A stretch of DNA of 64,000 bases from an uncultured Gemmatimonadota bacterium (GCA_964576115.1 CAZNUA010000012.1:1-64000); one strand, 5' to 3'; shown: positions 10,464 to 19,760, counted from the stretch's first letter. Notes: generated from the letters alone by a model not told the origin. Program-made: numbers and translations.

Positions 10464-13184
10464 TTACATCGTCTTGAGCACCGTGCTCGGATCGACCCGG
10501 GCCGAGCGCCGGGCCGGGATCCAGATGGCCACGGTCGCCACCGCTCCCATGAGGATTGCAGCCCCGATGACGGTCAGGGGACTGACGGCGGCGATAGCGA
10601 ACAGCTGACTGCGCAGGAGCAGGCCGAAGAGAATCGCCAGGGCAACTCCGACCCCCCCGCCGATCAGGACAGTGCGCAGCCCCTGACCGATGACGGTCGC
10701 GATGACATGGCCCCGGTGTGCTCCGAGCGCGATCCGCACTCCGATCTCATAACGGCGCTCGGCGGTCAGGTACGACACTACGCCGTAGATGCCGATCGAT
10801 GTCAGCAGCAGAGCCGCCGAGGCGAAAAAAACCAGTAGCAGGGTCACGAAGCGGCTCTGCCGGGTCGTGGCCCGAGCCAGTTCTGACAGACGAACGATCT
10901 CTCTGACCGGTTGATCGGGATCCAGGGCCTGGACCTGCTCGCGAATGGCGTCGGTTACTTGCCGGGGAAGCAGGTCCGATTTCACCACCAGGTAACCCCC
11001 CCCGGTACCCGCGGCCGGGCGGGGAAGGTATACCTCGGGCCGGGTTTCGTCGATCGGCCCCCGGGCATGGACGTGCCGGACCACCCCCACGATCTCGAAC
11101 AGGTTCTCCTCGGAAGGGGGGAAGGAGAAGGAGAATCGGCGTCCGATCGGATCGCTGTCGGGCCAGTGCAGGGAGGCGAACAGTTCGTCCACCACAGCCA
11201 CCGAGCGGGCATCGGTGACATCCTCCTCCGAGATGACCCGTCCCCGCAGCAACACGATACTCATGACGGCGAAGTAGTCGGCGCTGATCGCGTTGGCTTC
11301 CGTCCAGTTCGCCTCGCCCGGAGCGGGTTCGGGTTCACCCTCGATATAATACCCGTTCTGCCAGCCATGGCCGCTCAGGGGCAAGGTGCGACAGGTTGCC
11401 GCAGCCTCGATCCCGGGCAGGGCCCCGATTCGCTCCCGCAGTTCGGAGAAGAAGGCCAGCTGCGTGCTCTCTTCCTGATAGCGCATCGGGGGCAGGCTGA
11501 TCTCACCGGCCAGTACGCCGGCGGGTTCGAGTCCCAGATCGGCGCCTGTCAGACGATTCAGACTGCGTATCATCTGGCCCGTGCCGGCCAGCAGAGCGAC
11601 GGCGAGTCCCACCTCGGCGACAATGAGCGTCTTCTGCAGACGGCGCCGGCGCACCCCGCCGGCGGGACCGGGCCCGGAGCGCAGGATCGAGGCCGGATCG
11701 CGGAAGGCCGTGAGCAGGGCCGGGGCCAGACCGAAGAGGAGTCCGGTCACGAGCGCCAGGAGCAGAGCCACGACCACCGCCCGGGCGTCGATGGCAACCG
11801 AAAAGGCGCGCGGCAGCAGGTCGGCCCAGAGGGGAGCGGCGGCCCGAACCGCAGCTGCCGCCAGAACGATGCCCAGAATCCCCCCGGCCAGCCAGAGAGT
11901 GACGCTACGAACCAGCAGCAGGCGGATGAGCCGGCCCCGGCCGGCACCGAGGGTGGCCCGCAGGGCGATCTCACTCTGGCGCGAGGTTGTCTGGGCGAGC
12001 AGGAGGGTAGCCACATTGGAACAGGCGATGATGAGCAGAAGTCCGACTGCGGCCAGCAGCTGCAGCAGGGGATCGTCGGCCCGGCGGGCGACGAATTCCT
12101 TCAGATCGCGCAGGTAGGCTCCATGTTCCTCGAGCTCGTCGGGGTATTCCGCTGCCATGGCGTTCGTGACCCGTTCCATGTCGGCGCGGGCCTGCTCGAA
12201 AGTCACCCCATCGGACAGCCGGCCGATGGCGAAGATGCCGGGATGGCTGGTACGGCCCCCGAGATAAGGGGCCGCCTGGCCGATCGGGACGAAGAGGTCG
12301 GGTGCCTCGGCCTCGGGGGGGAAAGCGAAGGTGGGTGGCATCACCCCGATGACGGTGTTGGGGATACCATCCAGGGTCAGGGTCGAACCGATGACCTCTT
12401 CATTGCCTCCCAGGCGGTTTTGCCAGAAGCCCCAGGTGAGCACGGTGACCGGATCACCGCCGACGCGGTCCTCGGCTTCGGTGAAGGTCCGGCCCAGCCG
12501 GGGCTCGATCCCCAGAATCCCGAACATCGAGGCCGTGACGGGAACCGCGCTCACGACCGTCGGCACACCCTGCCCGGTCAGATTGAATTCGGTCTGGTTC
12601 CAGCAGCCGATGTCCGCGAAACTCCGGTTTTCCTCCCGCCAGTCGAGGTAATTGACGTACGACATCGTCATCGCACCACCGCCGGGGGTGGATTCGAGCA
12701 TCAACACCAGCCGGTCTGAGTCGGGGAAGGGGAGGGGCCTGATCAGCACGGCATTGATCAGGCTGAAGATGATGATGACTCCCCCGATACCGAGCATCAG
12801 GGTGGCGACGGCGGTCAGGCTGAAGCCGGGATTGCGCCTGAGGATGCGCAAAGCGTGGCACACGTCCTGCCAGGTGTCGGCCGCCGCGGCCGCGAAGCCG
12901 CCCCGGCGGCGGGCGGTCTGTTCGACCCGTTCCAGGGCGACACCGACCTTCGGACGCTCGTGGCGGTACTCCTCTTCGAGAAGCTCGTCAACGAACTCCC
13001 GCCAGTCGCCCATTCGTTCCAGTACCATCCCGACCGCTTCGGAATCCGACTTTCCTTCCGCCCGCAGCCGGCGGTAGTGCTCCTCGAGATGGTCGCTCAG
13101 TTCGCCGATGATCCGCTCCTCCCGCAACCCGGTCATCTCGGGCAGGGGGAGGTTGGCCTTGATGAGTTCGTTCCAGTCAGGCAT
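10464..13184 (-). CDS. ADOP-family duplicated MacB/FtsX-like ABC permease with an N-terminal prefix domain
   Basis: ELSDHLEE prefix; RRNPGFSLTAVATLMLGIG; LLIIACSNVA; EIGVRIALGA; PARRSARVDP. Confidence 0.92.
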   Translation of the reverse strand: MPDWNELIKANLPLPEMTGLREERIIGELSDHLEEHYRRLRAEGKSDSEAVGMVLERMGDWREFVDELLEEEYRHERPKVGVALERVEQTARRRGGFAAAAADTWQDVCHALRILRRNPGFSLTAVATLMLGIGGVIIIFSLINAVLIRPLPFPDSDRLVLMLESTPGGGAMTMSYVNYLDWREENRSFADIGCWNQTEFNLTGQGVPTVVSAVPVTASMFGILGIEPRLGRTFTEAEDRVGGDPVTVLTWGFWQNRLGGNEEVIGSTLTLDGIPNTVIGVMPPTFAFPPEAEAPDLFVPIGQAAPYLGGRTSHPGIFAIGRLSDGVTFEQARADMERVTNAMAAEYPDELEEHGAYLRDLKEFVARRADDPLLQLLAAVGLLLIIACSNVATLLLAQTTSRQSEIALRATLGAGRGRLIRLLLVRSVTLWLAGGILGIVLAAAAVRAAAPLWADLLPRAFSVAIDARAVVVALLLALVTGLLFGLAPALLTAFRDPASILRSGPGPAGGVRRRRLQKTLIVAEVGLAVALLAGTGQMIRSLNRLTGADLGLEPAGVLAGEISLPPMRYQEESTQLAFFSELRERIGALPGIEAAATCRTLPLSGHGWQNGYYIEGEPEPAPGEANWTEANAISADYFAVMSIVLLRGRVISEEDVTDARSVAVVDELFASLHWPDSDPIGRRFSFSFPPSEENLFEIVGVVRHVHARGPIDETRPEVYLPRPAAGTGGGYLVVKSDLLPRQVTDAIREQVQALDPDQPVREIVRLSELARATTRQSRFVTLLLVFFASAALLLTSIGIYGVVSYLTAERRYEIGVRIALGAHRGHVIATVIGQGLRTVLIGGGVGVALAILFGLLLRSQLFAIAAVSPLTVIGAAILMGAVATVAIWIPARRSARVDPSTVLKTM

Positions 13185-13509
13185 GGCTCAATCCCGTCAC
13201 GTCGTTTATCGTCCGCGCGAATTCCTGCCAGCTTTCCCGTTGCCGGATGAGGACCTTCTCACCCTCATCCGTCAGGGTGTACACGCAGCGCCGGCGCTCG
13301 CCGCTCTTCTCGATCCAGCGGCCGGTGACCCAGCCCTTGCGCTCCATCCGGTACAGGGTCTGATAGAGGGTCGAGATACGGAACTCGATCCGGCCCCCCG
13401 AGCGTTTCTCGATCGCCTGGCCGATGGCGTAGCCGTGCTGTGGACCCTCGTCGAGAATGGTCAGGATCAGCAGGTCCATGCTGCCCTTCTTGAGTTCGGG
13501 ACTGAACAC
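13177..13509 (-). CDS. PadR-family transcriptional regulator coupled to the ADOP permease
   Basis: ELKKGSMDLLIL, HGYAI, TLYQTLYRMERKGW and RRCVYTLT; overlaps the permease start. Confidence 0.93.
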   Translation of the reverse strand: MFSPELKKGSMDLLILTILDEGPQHGYAIGQAIEKRSGGRIEFRISTLYQTLYRMERKGWVTGRWIEKSGERRRCVYTLTDEGEKVLIRQRESWQEFARTINDVTGLSHA

Positions 13510-13910
13510 CGGCGCCTCCCTTGTCGTATGGTATGGCGTTCTGTGTCGCGACGTTCCCGGCGCCGGACCGTCCGGCGGAGCAGGCGTCCGCCCGGGGGGG
13601 CCATTCCCGGCCGGGATACTTCCCGTCGTGATGTTTCCTGTAGTGAAGTATACGGCGGAAAGGAAGAGAGGGTTTCAGGGAGTCGGTGGCGCGACGGATT
13701 TTCCCGACAGAATGGGCAGTACAGGTCAGATGAACAAGTGGCTGGATCGCATGAGCCGGCAAGGTCGGCGGGACCGGATGAGCCCGCAGGATCGACTCGG
13801 CCGGCCGGACCGGCACCGACCTCGGGATCGCCGCCAACACTGAAAGCTGCAATCACACCGGGAGCTGCTCATGCCCCGGGATGGCGGCGAGTGAAGCAGT
13901 CCCGGCCGGT

Positions 13911-14069
13911 CTATTCCCCCCGTGGCCAGAACCGCTTCAGAGAGAATTTTTTCTTTCTCTTCTTCGCCCGTTCCTCTTCCACCTGCTGCAGCCGGGGGAG
14001 CAGAACGAGGACGAAGAAAGCGGCGATCAGGGGTACGGCGATAATGACTGCCAGGTAGATAGTACGCAT
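13911..14069 (-). CDS. 52-aa single-pass membrane protein with a basic tail (not in the ORF track)
   Basis: MRTIYLAVIIAVPLIAAFFVLVLLPRLQQVEEERAKKRKKKFSLKRFWPRGE*; GGGAGG RBS 5 nt before the ATG. Confidence 0.7.
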   Translation of the reverse strand: MRTIYLAVIIAVPLIAAFFVLVLLPRLQQVEEERAKKRKKKFSLKRFWPRGE

Positions 14070-14161
14070 CGTGACCTCCCGTTTCGGTCACTGAGATCGT
14101 GATGTTACATGACAATGATACGACGCTACGACGACCTTTTTTGCAGGTTCATTTTTCGATC

Positions 14162-14190
14162 TTGTAAATACATGCACGTGCATGTATTTT
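14162..14190 (+). promoter_or_regulatory. vapBC promoter overlapped by a perfect 24-bp palindromic operator
   Basis: AAATACATGCACGTGCATGTATTT (14166-14189) lies within TTGTAA-17 bp-TATTTT, upstream of an AGGAGG RBS. Confidence 0.8.
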
Positions 14191-14209
14191 CCGACGCAGG
14201 AGGGATGAT

Positions 14210-14449
14210 ATGCGCACGACGATCGAAATGAACCCCGAGCACCGGGCCCGTCTGCTCGAAATCGCCGCCCGCCGGGGTGAGAAAGGGTTCTCCGGAGTTG
14301 TAGCCGAGGCGATCGAGACCTACCTGGCCCGGCTTGATACCCTCGATGAGCTTCAGGCCCGGGCCCGGGAACTGCGCGGCCGGCTCACGGCCGAGGAAGC
14401 CGAGGAGATGCGGACCGAGATCGAGGAATTGCGGGAGTCGTGGCGATGA
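14210..14449 (+). CDS. vapB: VapB-like antitoxin (RHH-like N-terminus)
   Basis: 79 aa, MRTTIEM... start, acidic C-terminus; ATGA overlap with the PIN gene. Confidence 0.8.
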   Translation: MRTTIEMNPEHRARLLEIAARRGEKGFSGVVAEAIETYLARLDTLDELQARARELRGRLTAEEAEEMRTEIEELRESWR

Positions 14450-14823
14450 CCGTGGCCGACACCGATGTCCTCATCGATTTCCTGACCGGTACCGATCCCG
14501 GAGCCGGGGCCGTCATGCGACTGCTCGAGAAGGGGGAACTCCGGACCACAGCCATCACCCGCTTCGAACTGCTCTGCGGGATCCGCACGACGAAAGAAGA
14601 GGAGATCGTCACCGTTCTGCTCCGGGCTCTGCCGACCCTGCCGCTCGATGAGGCGGCAGCCGAGCGGGCGGCTCGCGTCCGCCGCACCCTCCGGGACCGG
14701 GGCGAGGAGATCGGCATGGGGGACAGTCTCATCGCGGGGATCGTGCTCGAGCGCGAGGCTGTCCTCCTGACCCGGAACCGGCGGCACTTCGAGCGGGTGG
14801 AGGGCCTGCAACTGGTCGGCTGA
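14446..14823 (+). CDS. vapC: VapC PIN-domain ribonuclease toxin
   Basis: VADTDVLIDFL, ITRFEL, GDSLIAG and LLTRNRRHFERV PIN motifs. Confidence 0.93.
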   Translation: MTVADTDVLIDFLTGTDPGAGAVMRLLEKGELRTTAITRFELLCGIRTTKEEEIVTVLLRALPTLPLDEAAAERAARVRRTLRDRGEEIGMGDSLIAGIVLEREAVLLTRNRRHFERVEGLQLVG

Positions 14824-14896
14824 TACCCGCCGTTTCGAACTCCGTATACCCTCCCGTCCCTCCCATCCGTCTTTCCAGAAAGGAAGGAATCGGATC

Positions 14897-15160
14897 GTGC
14901 TCTCGATACTCGGTGTTTCAATCAGTCTCCTCCTGGCCGGATCACCGTCGCACCCGCACCAGCTGCCGTCATCATCGGAGGATGTGACGGCGTCACAGGA
15001 TTCCCTGACGGCCATCTATGGGGCTGTGTTCGCGAGTCTGGATTCCTACCCCAATACGCAGCGCCGGAAACATCTTCTCGACCGTCGTATCCTGCAAAAG
15101 AGGACGGTCAGTGGGTTGTCACGGCCAGGGATACGATCGCAATTACCTGAGTCGCGTTGA
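14897..15160 (+). pseudogene. Short secreted-protein ORF, probably a truncated remnant
   Basis: AGGAAGGA RBS; hydrophobic signal MLSILGVSISLLLAG; only 87 aa, ending next to a convergent broken gene. Confidence 0.35.
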
Positions 15161-15170
15161 TCTGATTCCG

Positions 15171-15936
15171 TCAGGGATTCGGATGAAAGGTAAGCCGCAC
15201 CAGGGCCGGGGCGTCCTCCTCGGCAGCTCCGATGGTGAATAATTCGGGATCCCGCCAGGTACTCCCGGGCGGGAAGAAAAATCCGTGTTGCATCCGCCCC
15301 CGGTACTCACCGTCGGCGGTGAAGACATCGACCGGCCAGGTGCCGTCGTCGAGCGGTTCCCCCCGGCGATTGACCCAGATCTCACCCTGCGGGCCTTCCT
15401 GCATGGTGAGGAACCAGATCCGTTCCTGCAGCCAGGCCAGCCCCCCGGCGATATCGTTACCCAGGATTTCCCGCATTCCTTCGATCTGGTGGTCGGGGAT
15501 GGTCATCGGTTCGTGCTCGAGCCGGAACCGGCGGATGGCTCCTCCGCGCTCGCGGTCGATCTCCATGATCCAGTCGCTGTCCCAGGCGGAGAGATAGAGC
15601 CGGCCGATCGATGTCAGCAGCAGGGTGTCGAAGTTCGGATAATCGAAAGCGGCCTGAGCCATGGATGCCCAGCGGTCCATGGGCGTGGTTTCAAAGGTAT
15701 ACAGCGTATCGACAAAGGTACCCGCCCAGTCGCTGACGACGAGATGGGAGGTGGCGATGGTCTCATCGGCCGCGTTCCGCCGCCATGAACCGGCGATTGT
15801 GTAGATGCGATCCTCGAAGGTCTCCAGACTCCGCGGCCGGTTCGAGATCCCTGCCGCAGGCTGTCAGGGCCGGAAGCAGGGCCAGGAGGACGACAGGCAG
15901 CAGACCATCTTTTCGAGAGCGGAGCGACGATAGCAT
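15171..15936 (-). pseudogene. Frameshifted or internally deleted lipoprotein (beta-propeller-like)
   Basis: ATG 15936 with GAGGTG RBS encodes MLSSLRSRKDGLLPVVLLALLPALTAC (lipobox); the body (LETFEDRIY...GPQGEIWV...VDVFTADGEYRG) continues in another frame from about 15830. Confidence 0.6.
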
Positions 15937-16039
15937 ACAATCACCTCGGATACGGGCGGATCTGGATAGTGGACGTCCGGTTGGTCCGGACGTGTAGCTA
16001 GTTCTCGCCCGGAAACGGCTCTTTCCCGCGATCTCGGCG

Positions 16040-16711
16040 TCAGCCGGTCAGCAATCCATGGTCGCGCTTCACCTGCCAGGCGGTTGCGAAACTGCCGTAG
16101 GTTCCACGCGCCAGCTCTGAAGCGGAGAGATCGGGATCTCTCGCGATCATGACCCACATGTCAGCCCGGTAACTCGGACCTGAACGAACCCGTTCCCGGT
16201 AGGTGGTGTGTCGACGGGCCAGTTCAGCCTCCGACAGGACATCACCCCGGCGATCTCGCAGCACTCCGGCTGGAATACGCAGACAGGTCCCGGAGAAGCG
16301 GGGATCTTCTCCTCTGCGGCGGATATGGAAATCAGAGCCGGCCCGCAGGAGATCGATTCGGGAACCCGTGTGAAGCTTCATGAAGCGCAGGAAGCGACGA
16401 TCTCCGTTCAGCCATTGCGATACCGCAGTCCAGAAGGCGCGCACGCGATCAGAGGATTCGTGGAATACAGCCCGATAGAGACGATCGGCATTGATCCGAG
16501 GGTGGTGGATATCCAGCCAGCTGATAAGGATCGAAAGTACACGCAGATCGTCGCCATCCATTGCCTCACGAGAGGCTGCGATCAGAGTGTCCTCGATATT
16601 GGGATTCTCTGCCGGCCGGGCTGCGAAGTTCAGGCCGATGCCGACCATGGCTCCAGTCAGATTCTCACCGGTCGGCAGCTCCGTTGGTGTCGTCACACGT
16701 TTATAGGCCAT
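16040..16711 (-). CDS. Hypothetical partner protein with a putative C-terminal helix-turn-helix
   Basis: 223 aa; starts 1 nt after the nucleotidyltransferase stop; C-terminal DLSASELARGTYGSFATAWQVK looks like an HTH. Confidence 0.7.
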   Translation of the reverse strand: MAYKRVTTPTELPTGENLTGAMVGIGLNFAARPAENPNIEDTLIAASREAMDGDDLRVLSILISWLDIHHPRINADRLYRAVFHESSDRVRAFWTAVSQWLNGDRRFLRFMKLHTGSRIDLLRAGSDFHIRRRGEDPRFSGTCLRIPAGVLRDRRGDVLSEAELARRHTTYRERVRSGPSYRADMWVMIARDPDLSASELARGTYGSFATAWQVKRDHGLLTG

Positions 16712-16712
16712 A

Positions 16713-17240
16713 TCACAGACGTTCCTTCAGATCGTCCAGAACCTCCCGGACATGAGTCGGCCAATCCGGATTCCCGTCGTGTTCCTCGAGCCAGGGGGTG
16801 ACCTCATCGATCTCTTCTCTCGTCGGCGCCAGGGCCAGACAGTCCGGCAGATCGATACCCCGGTCGCAGAGTGCGAAGAGCTTGCACCGCAGCAGATCAA
16901 GGCGACCCAGCGTTCGGATCGTCAGGGCCTGTCCGACGAAGACAGGCTGAAGATGTTCCTGCCATCCATCCGGGAGATCACGCTTGAGTGACATCGGGCC
17001 GTTGTTCAACCAGTCGGTGTCGAGTGCAAGACCGTTCTCCCTGCACCATTGTGCGAAACTCCGGGCCGCTTCGATGATCTCGACGGGTATTTCGGGATCG
17101 AGGATATCCAGATCACGTGTGTGTCGGGATATGATCCCCAGCAGTCCCAGGGTTGCGGCACCGACAGCGATACACTCGAATAGTAACTCTCGATCACGCA
17201 GAAAACGATCAAACGCCGGGATGATCTCCTCAGGATTCAT
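16713..17240 (-). CDS. DUF6036-like (AbiEii-superfamily) nucleotidyltransferase
   Basis: AVGAATLGLLG...RHTRDLD NTase signature; DWLNNGP, LPDGW and KLFALCDRGIDLPDC. Confidence 0.8.
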   Translation of the reverse strand: MNPEEIIPAFDRFLRDRELLFECIAVGAATLGLLGIISRHTRDLDILDPEIPVEIIEAARSFAQWCRENGLALDTDWLNNGPMSLKRDLPDGWQEHLQPVFVGQALTIRTLGRLDLLRCKLFALCDRGIDLPDCLALAPTREEIDEVTPWLEEHDGNPDWPTHVREVLDDLKERL

Positions 17241-17274
17241 AGTATCAGTATAACTGATACTTAGGTTATGTCAA
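17241..17274 (-). promoter_or_regulatory. Sigma70 promoter of a leaderless transcript with an overlapping inverted-repeat operator
   Basis: Minus strand TTGACA-16 bp-TATACT-6 nt-ATG; inverted repeat AGTATCAGT-ata-ACTGATACT at 17241-17261. Confidence 0.85.
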
Positions 17275-17332
17275 AAGGCCATTCAGAGCAGATCATTCCG
17301 TCAGTGAATGGTTATTCCTCAGGTTGACATGT

Positions 17333-17368
17333 AAAACACGGGCCCGCCGGATGGCTCCGGCGGGCCCG
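17333..17368 (-). terminator. Intrinsic terminator of the nuoEFG-like/glutamate-synthase-like operon
   Basis: 13-bp stem CGGGCCCGCCGGA/TCCGGCGGGCCCG, 4-nt loop, followed by TGTTTT on the minus strand. Confidence 0.8.
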
Positions 17369-17404
17369 GTAATGGTCCTGCTGCGGGTCTGCTGCCCGGT
17401 TCTC

Positions 17405-18985
17405 TCAGCCGAGGATCTCGGCCACTTCTTCGGCGTCGACCTCGGTGATGTAGGGCAGGCCGGTCACATCGGCCGACTCGCGGGTCAGGCAGGCCACATC
17501 GTTGCGCTCGATGTGATCGAGCGTGAACTTGCGCTCCCCGGCCATGATCTGACGCACTCCCTGAGCCAGACGGCTGAAGTAGGTGTACACCCCCATGGCG
17601 CCGGTGGGCAGTTCGGCGAACCGGTCGGCACCCACCAGCTCCTTGAGTTCGGGAGCGGTGATGAAGACCTCTTCCTTCGACTCGCCGAAACGGCCCACGA
17701 AGACCGGCAGCATGCCCTCGTCCATGTGCCGACCGAGGGTCTTGCCCACCATGGCCGCGGCCAGCGGCGAACGCGCCATCGCGATCAGCTTGGTGTAGGG
17801 AGCGCCCAGGGCCAGGCCCTTGAAGATATTGTCCTCGAAGGTGAATCCACCGGCGAAGGCGATGTTGGGAACGAACTCGCCCTTGTCATCGAGGTGCTTG
17901 CACATCTGCCAGGTCAGGCTGTGCAGCTCGACCACCGGCACGCCCCACTCGTTCATCATCCGCCAGGGGCTCATACCGGTGCCGCCGCCGGCTCCGTCGA
18001 CCGTGAGCAGGTCGAGCTTGGCCAGCGAGGCGAACTTCACGGCCCGGGCCAGGTCGGCCGGACGGTAGGCGCCGGTCTTCAGGGTGACCTGCCTGGCGCC
18101 GGCGGCCCGCAGCTGCTCGACCCGCTCCATGAAGCTCTCGAGGCTGACCATGCCGACCCGGCTGTGGCGCTCGAACTCGTGGAACACACCGGCCTTGAAC
18201 GACTCGATGACACCCGGGTCGGTCGGGTTGGGCAGCACCACGTAACCGCGGCTGTAGAGTTCCTGGGCCTTCTCGAGGTTGGTGATCTTGACCTCGCCGC
18301 CGATGTCCTTGGCGCCCTGACCCCACTTCATTTCGACCGTCTCCACGCCCAGCTTCTCGATGGCGTACTCCTGCACGCCCAGGCGGGTGTCCTCGACGTT
18401 GGATTGCAGCACAACCGTGCCCTTGCCGTCGATCTGCCAGTTGCGGTAGGGCGTGATCCGGCTCTCCAGTCCCGGCGATTCGACCACCCGGCCGTTCTTG
18501 ATGGTGGCGCTCATGTCCATTCCGACCACGTTCTCGCCGATGGTGAGCGGCACTCCCCACAGGGCGCAACCGATGGACAGACCTTCCCAGTTCTGGGCGG
18601 CGACGTTGGTCGACCCCATACCGGCCACGACGAAGGGCAGGCCGGCGGTGAATGTGTTCTCGGCGCCGATCTCGCGCTCGAGCACCACGTTCGGAAAAAT
18701 GGCCTTGTCGCTGTCGGCTTCGATACCGTGCGCTCCGACGGCCGTACCCAGAATGGTCAGATGACCGTAGTCGATCGGGTACTCCTTCTCCGAGGCGGCG
18801 GTAATGATCCCGAAGGGCTGGGGATAGATCATTTCGGCCCCGCGGTAGGCCGACTTGCCGATCTCACACATTCCGATGCAACCGTCAACACAGGTGGCGC
18901 ACATCCCCGAAATAGTGGTGACGGCGTCCTCGGTGCGGTTCTTCGAAAGGGTGGCCGCGCTGGCGTTGATCTTGGTGTAAGACAT
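17405..18985 (-). CDS. Stand-alone FMN-binding glutamate synthase family protein (GltB2-like)
   Basis: EMKWGQGAKDIGGE, TVDGAGGGTGMSP, AFAGG and MARSP FMN-barrel motifs; N-terminal CATCVDGCIGMC; GGAGG RBS before ATG 18985. Confidence 0.88.
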   Translation of the reverse strand: MSYTKINASAATLSKNRTEDAVTTISGMCATCVDGCIGMCEIGKSAYRGAEMIYPQPFGIITAASEKEYPIDYGHLTILGTAVGAHGIEADSDKAIFPNVVLEREIGAENTFTAGLPFVVAGMGSTNVAAQNWEGLSIGCALWGVPLTIGENVVGMDMSATIKNGRVVESPGLESRITPYRNWQIDGKGTVVLQSNVEDTRLGVQEYAIEKLGVETVEMKWGQGAKDIGGEVKITNLEKAQELYSRGYVVLPNPTDPGVIESFKAGVFHEFERHSRVGMVSLESFMERVEQLRAAGARQVTLKTGAYRPADLARAVKFASLAKLDLLTVDGAGGGTGMSPWRMMNEWGVPVVELHSLTWQMCKHLDDKGEFVPNIAFAGGFTFEDNIFKGLALGAPYTKLIAMARSPLAAAMVGKTLGRHMDEGMLPVFVGRFGESKEEVFITAPELKELVGADRFAELPTGAMGVYTYFSRLAQGVRQIMAGERKFTLDHIERNDVACLTRESADVTGLPYITEVDAEEVAEILG

Positions 18986-19034
18986 TGTGACTCCTCCTGA
19001 AGCGCCCATGCTCACCGGGCTGCTGATGAAGCTG

Positions 19035-19760
19035 TTACTCTTCTCGACAGATATGCCCGGTTGCGGGCAGGTAGTCCCCTTCGGGACGCACACACGTTCC
19101 ACACTCCGGCGGCATCCAGCACTGTTGATCGTCGTACACCTCGGCGCACGACGGACTGAAGTTCAGACAGCCGCTGCAGATCGTTGTTTCGGCACTCGGT
19201 CCCTGACAGCGCAGCTGGCATGCCGGACAGATGTACATGCACCCGCCGCAGTGGCGGCAGATGTCGGAAAGTTCGTCGAAAGCGGTGGTGATGCGTCGGT
19301 CGGGTCCCCGGCCGACGAAACCGATGGCCCGGGCCATCATCTGCTCCTCACACATCCTCACGCAGAGGCCGCAGAGCAGGCAGTCCTCGTTCTCGCGGCG
19401 GAAGCGCGCGGTGGTGACACCGTGGGCCGAAGCGAGGTCCTGGACGACTTTCGAGGCCGGGGTCGAACAGACCATCAGCTCGAGGATCATCTTGCGGGCC
19501 TTGATGATCCGGGCCGAATGGGTACGGACCTGCATACCCTCCTCGCACGGGTAGGTACACGACGAGACGACCTTGGTCTTGCCCGGAGGGCCGATCTCGA
19601 CGATGCACAGCCGGCAGGCGCCGTAGCTCGAAAGTCCTTCGACCGAACAGAGCGTCGGGATGTTGATCCCGTACAGCTTGGCGGCCTCGAGGATGGTCGT
19701 CCCCTCGTACACCTCGACGGGCAGACCGTTGAGGGTCAGCGAGATCGTCTTCACGCTCAT
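19035..19760 (-). CDS. Short NuoG/HydA-N-terminal-like Fe-S subunit (2Fe-2S + 2x4Fe-4S + Cys-rich tail), with no catalytic domain
   Basis: IPTLC...GACRLC...VSSC; CLLCGLCVRMC; CRHCGGCMYICP; 241 aa; ATGA overlap with the NuoF-like gene. Confidence 0.88.
   Translation of the reverse strand: MSVKTISLTLNGLPVEVYEGTTILEAAKLYGINIPTLCSVEGLSSYGACRLCIVEIGPPGKTKVVSSCTYPCEEGMQVRTHSARIIKARKMILELMVCSTPASKVVQDLASAHGVTTARFRRENEDCLLCGLCVRMCEEQMMARAIGFVGRGPDRRITTAFDELSDICRHCGGCMYICPACQLRCQGPSAETTICSGCLNFSPSCAEVYDDQQCWMPPECGTCVRPEGDYLPATGHICREE

Noticed and set aside
13729-13830. Weak GATGA/CCGG periodicity suggesting a repeat array
   Set aside because: Units are degenerate with no constant repeat-spacer structure and no cas genes; not a CRISPR array.
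17324-19000. Long antisense ORFs (this one, and 546-1568, 3962-5608, 10911-12719, 34705-36780, 55065-57494)
   Set aside because: They are shadows of well-supported genes on the opposite strand, expected in high-GC DNA, and carry no recognisable motifs.
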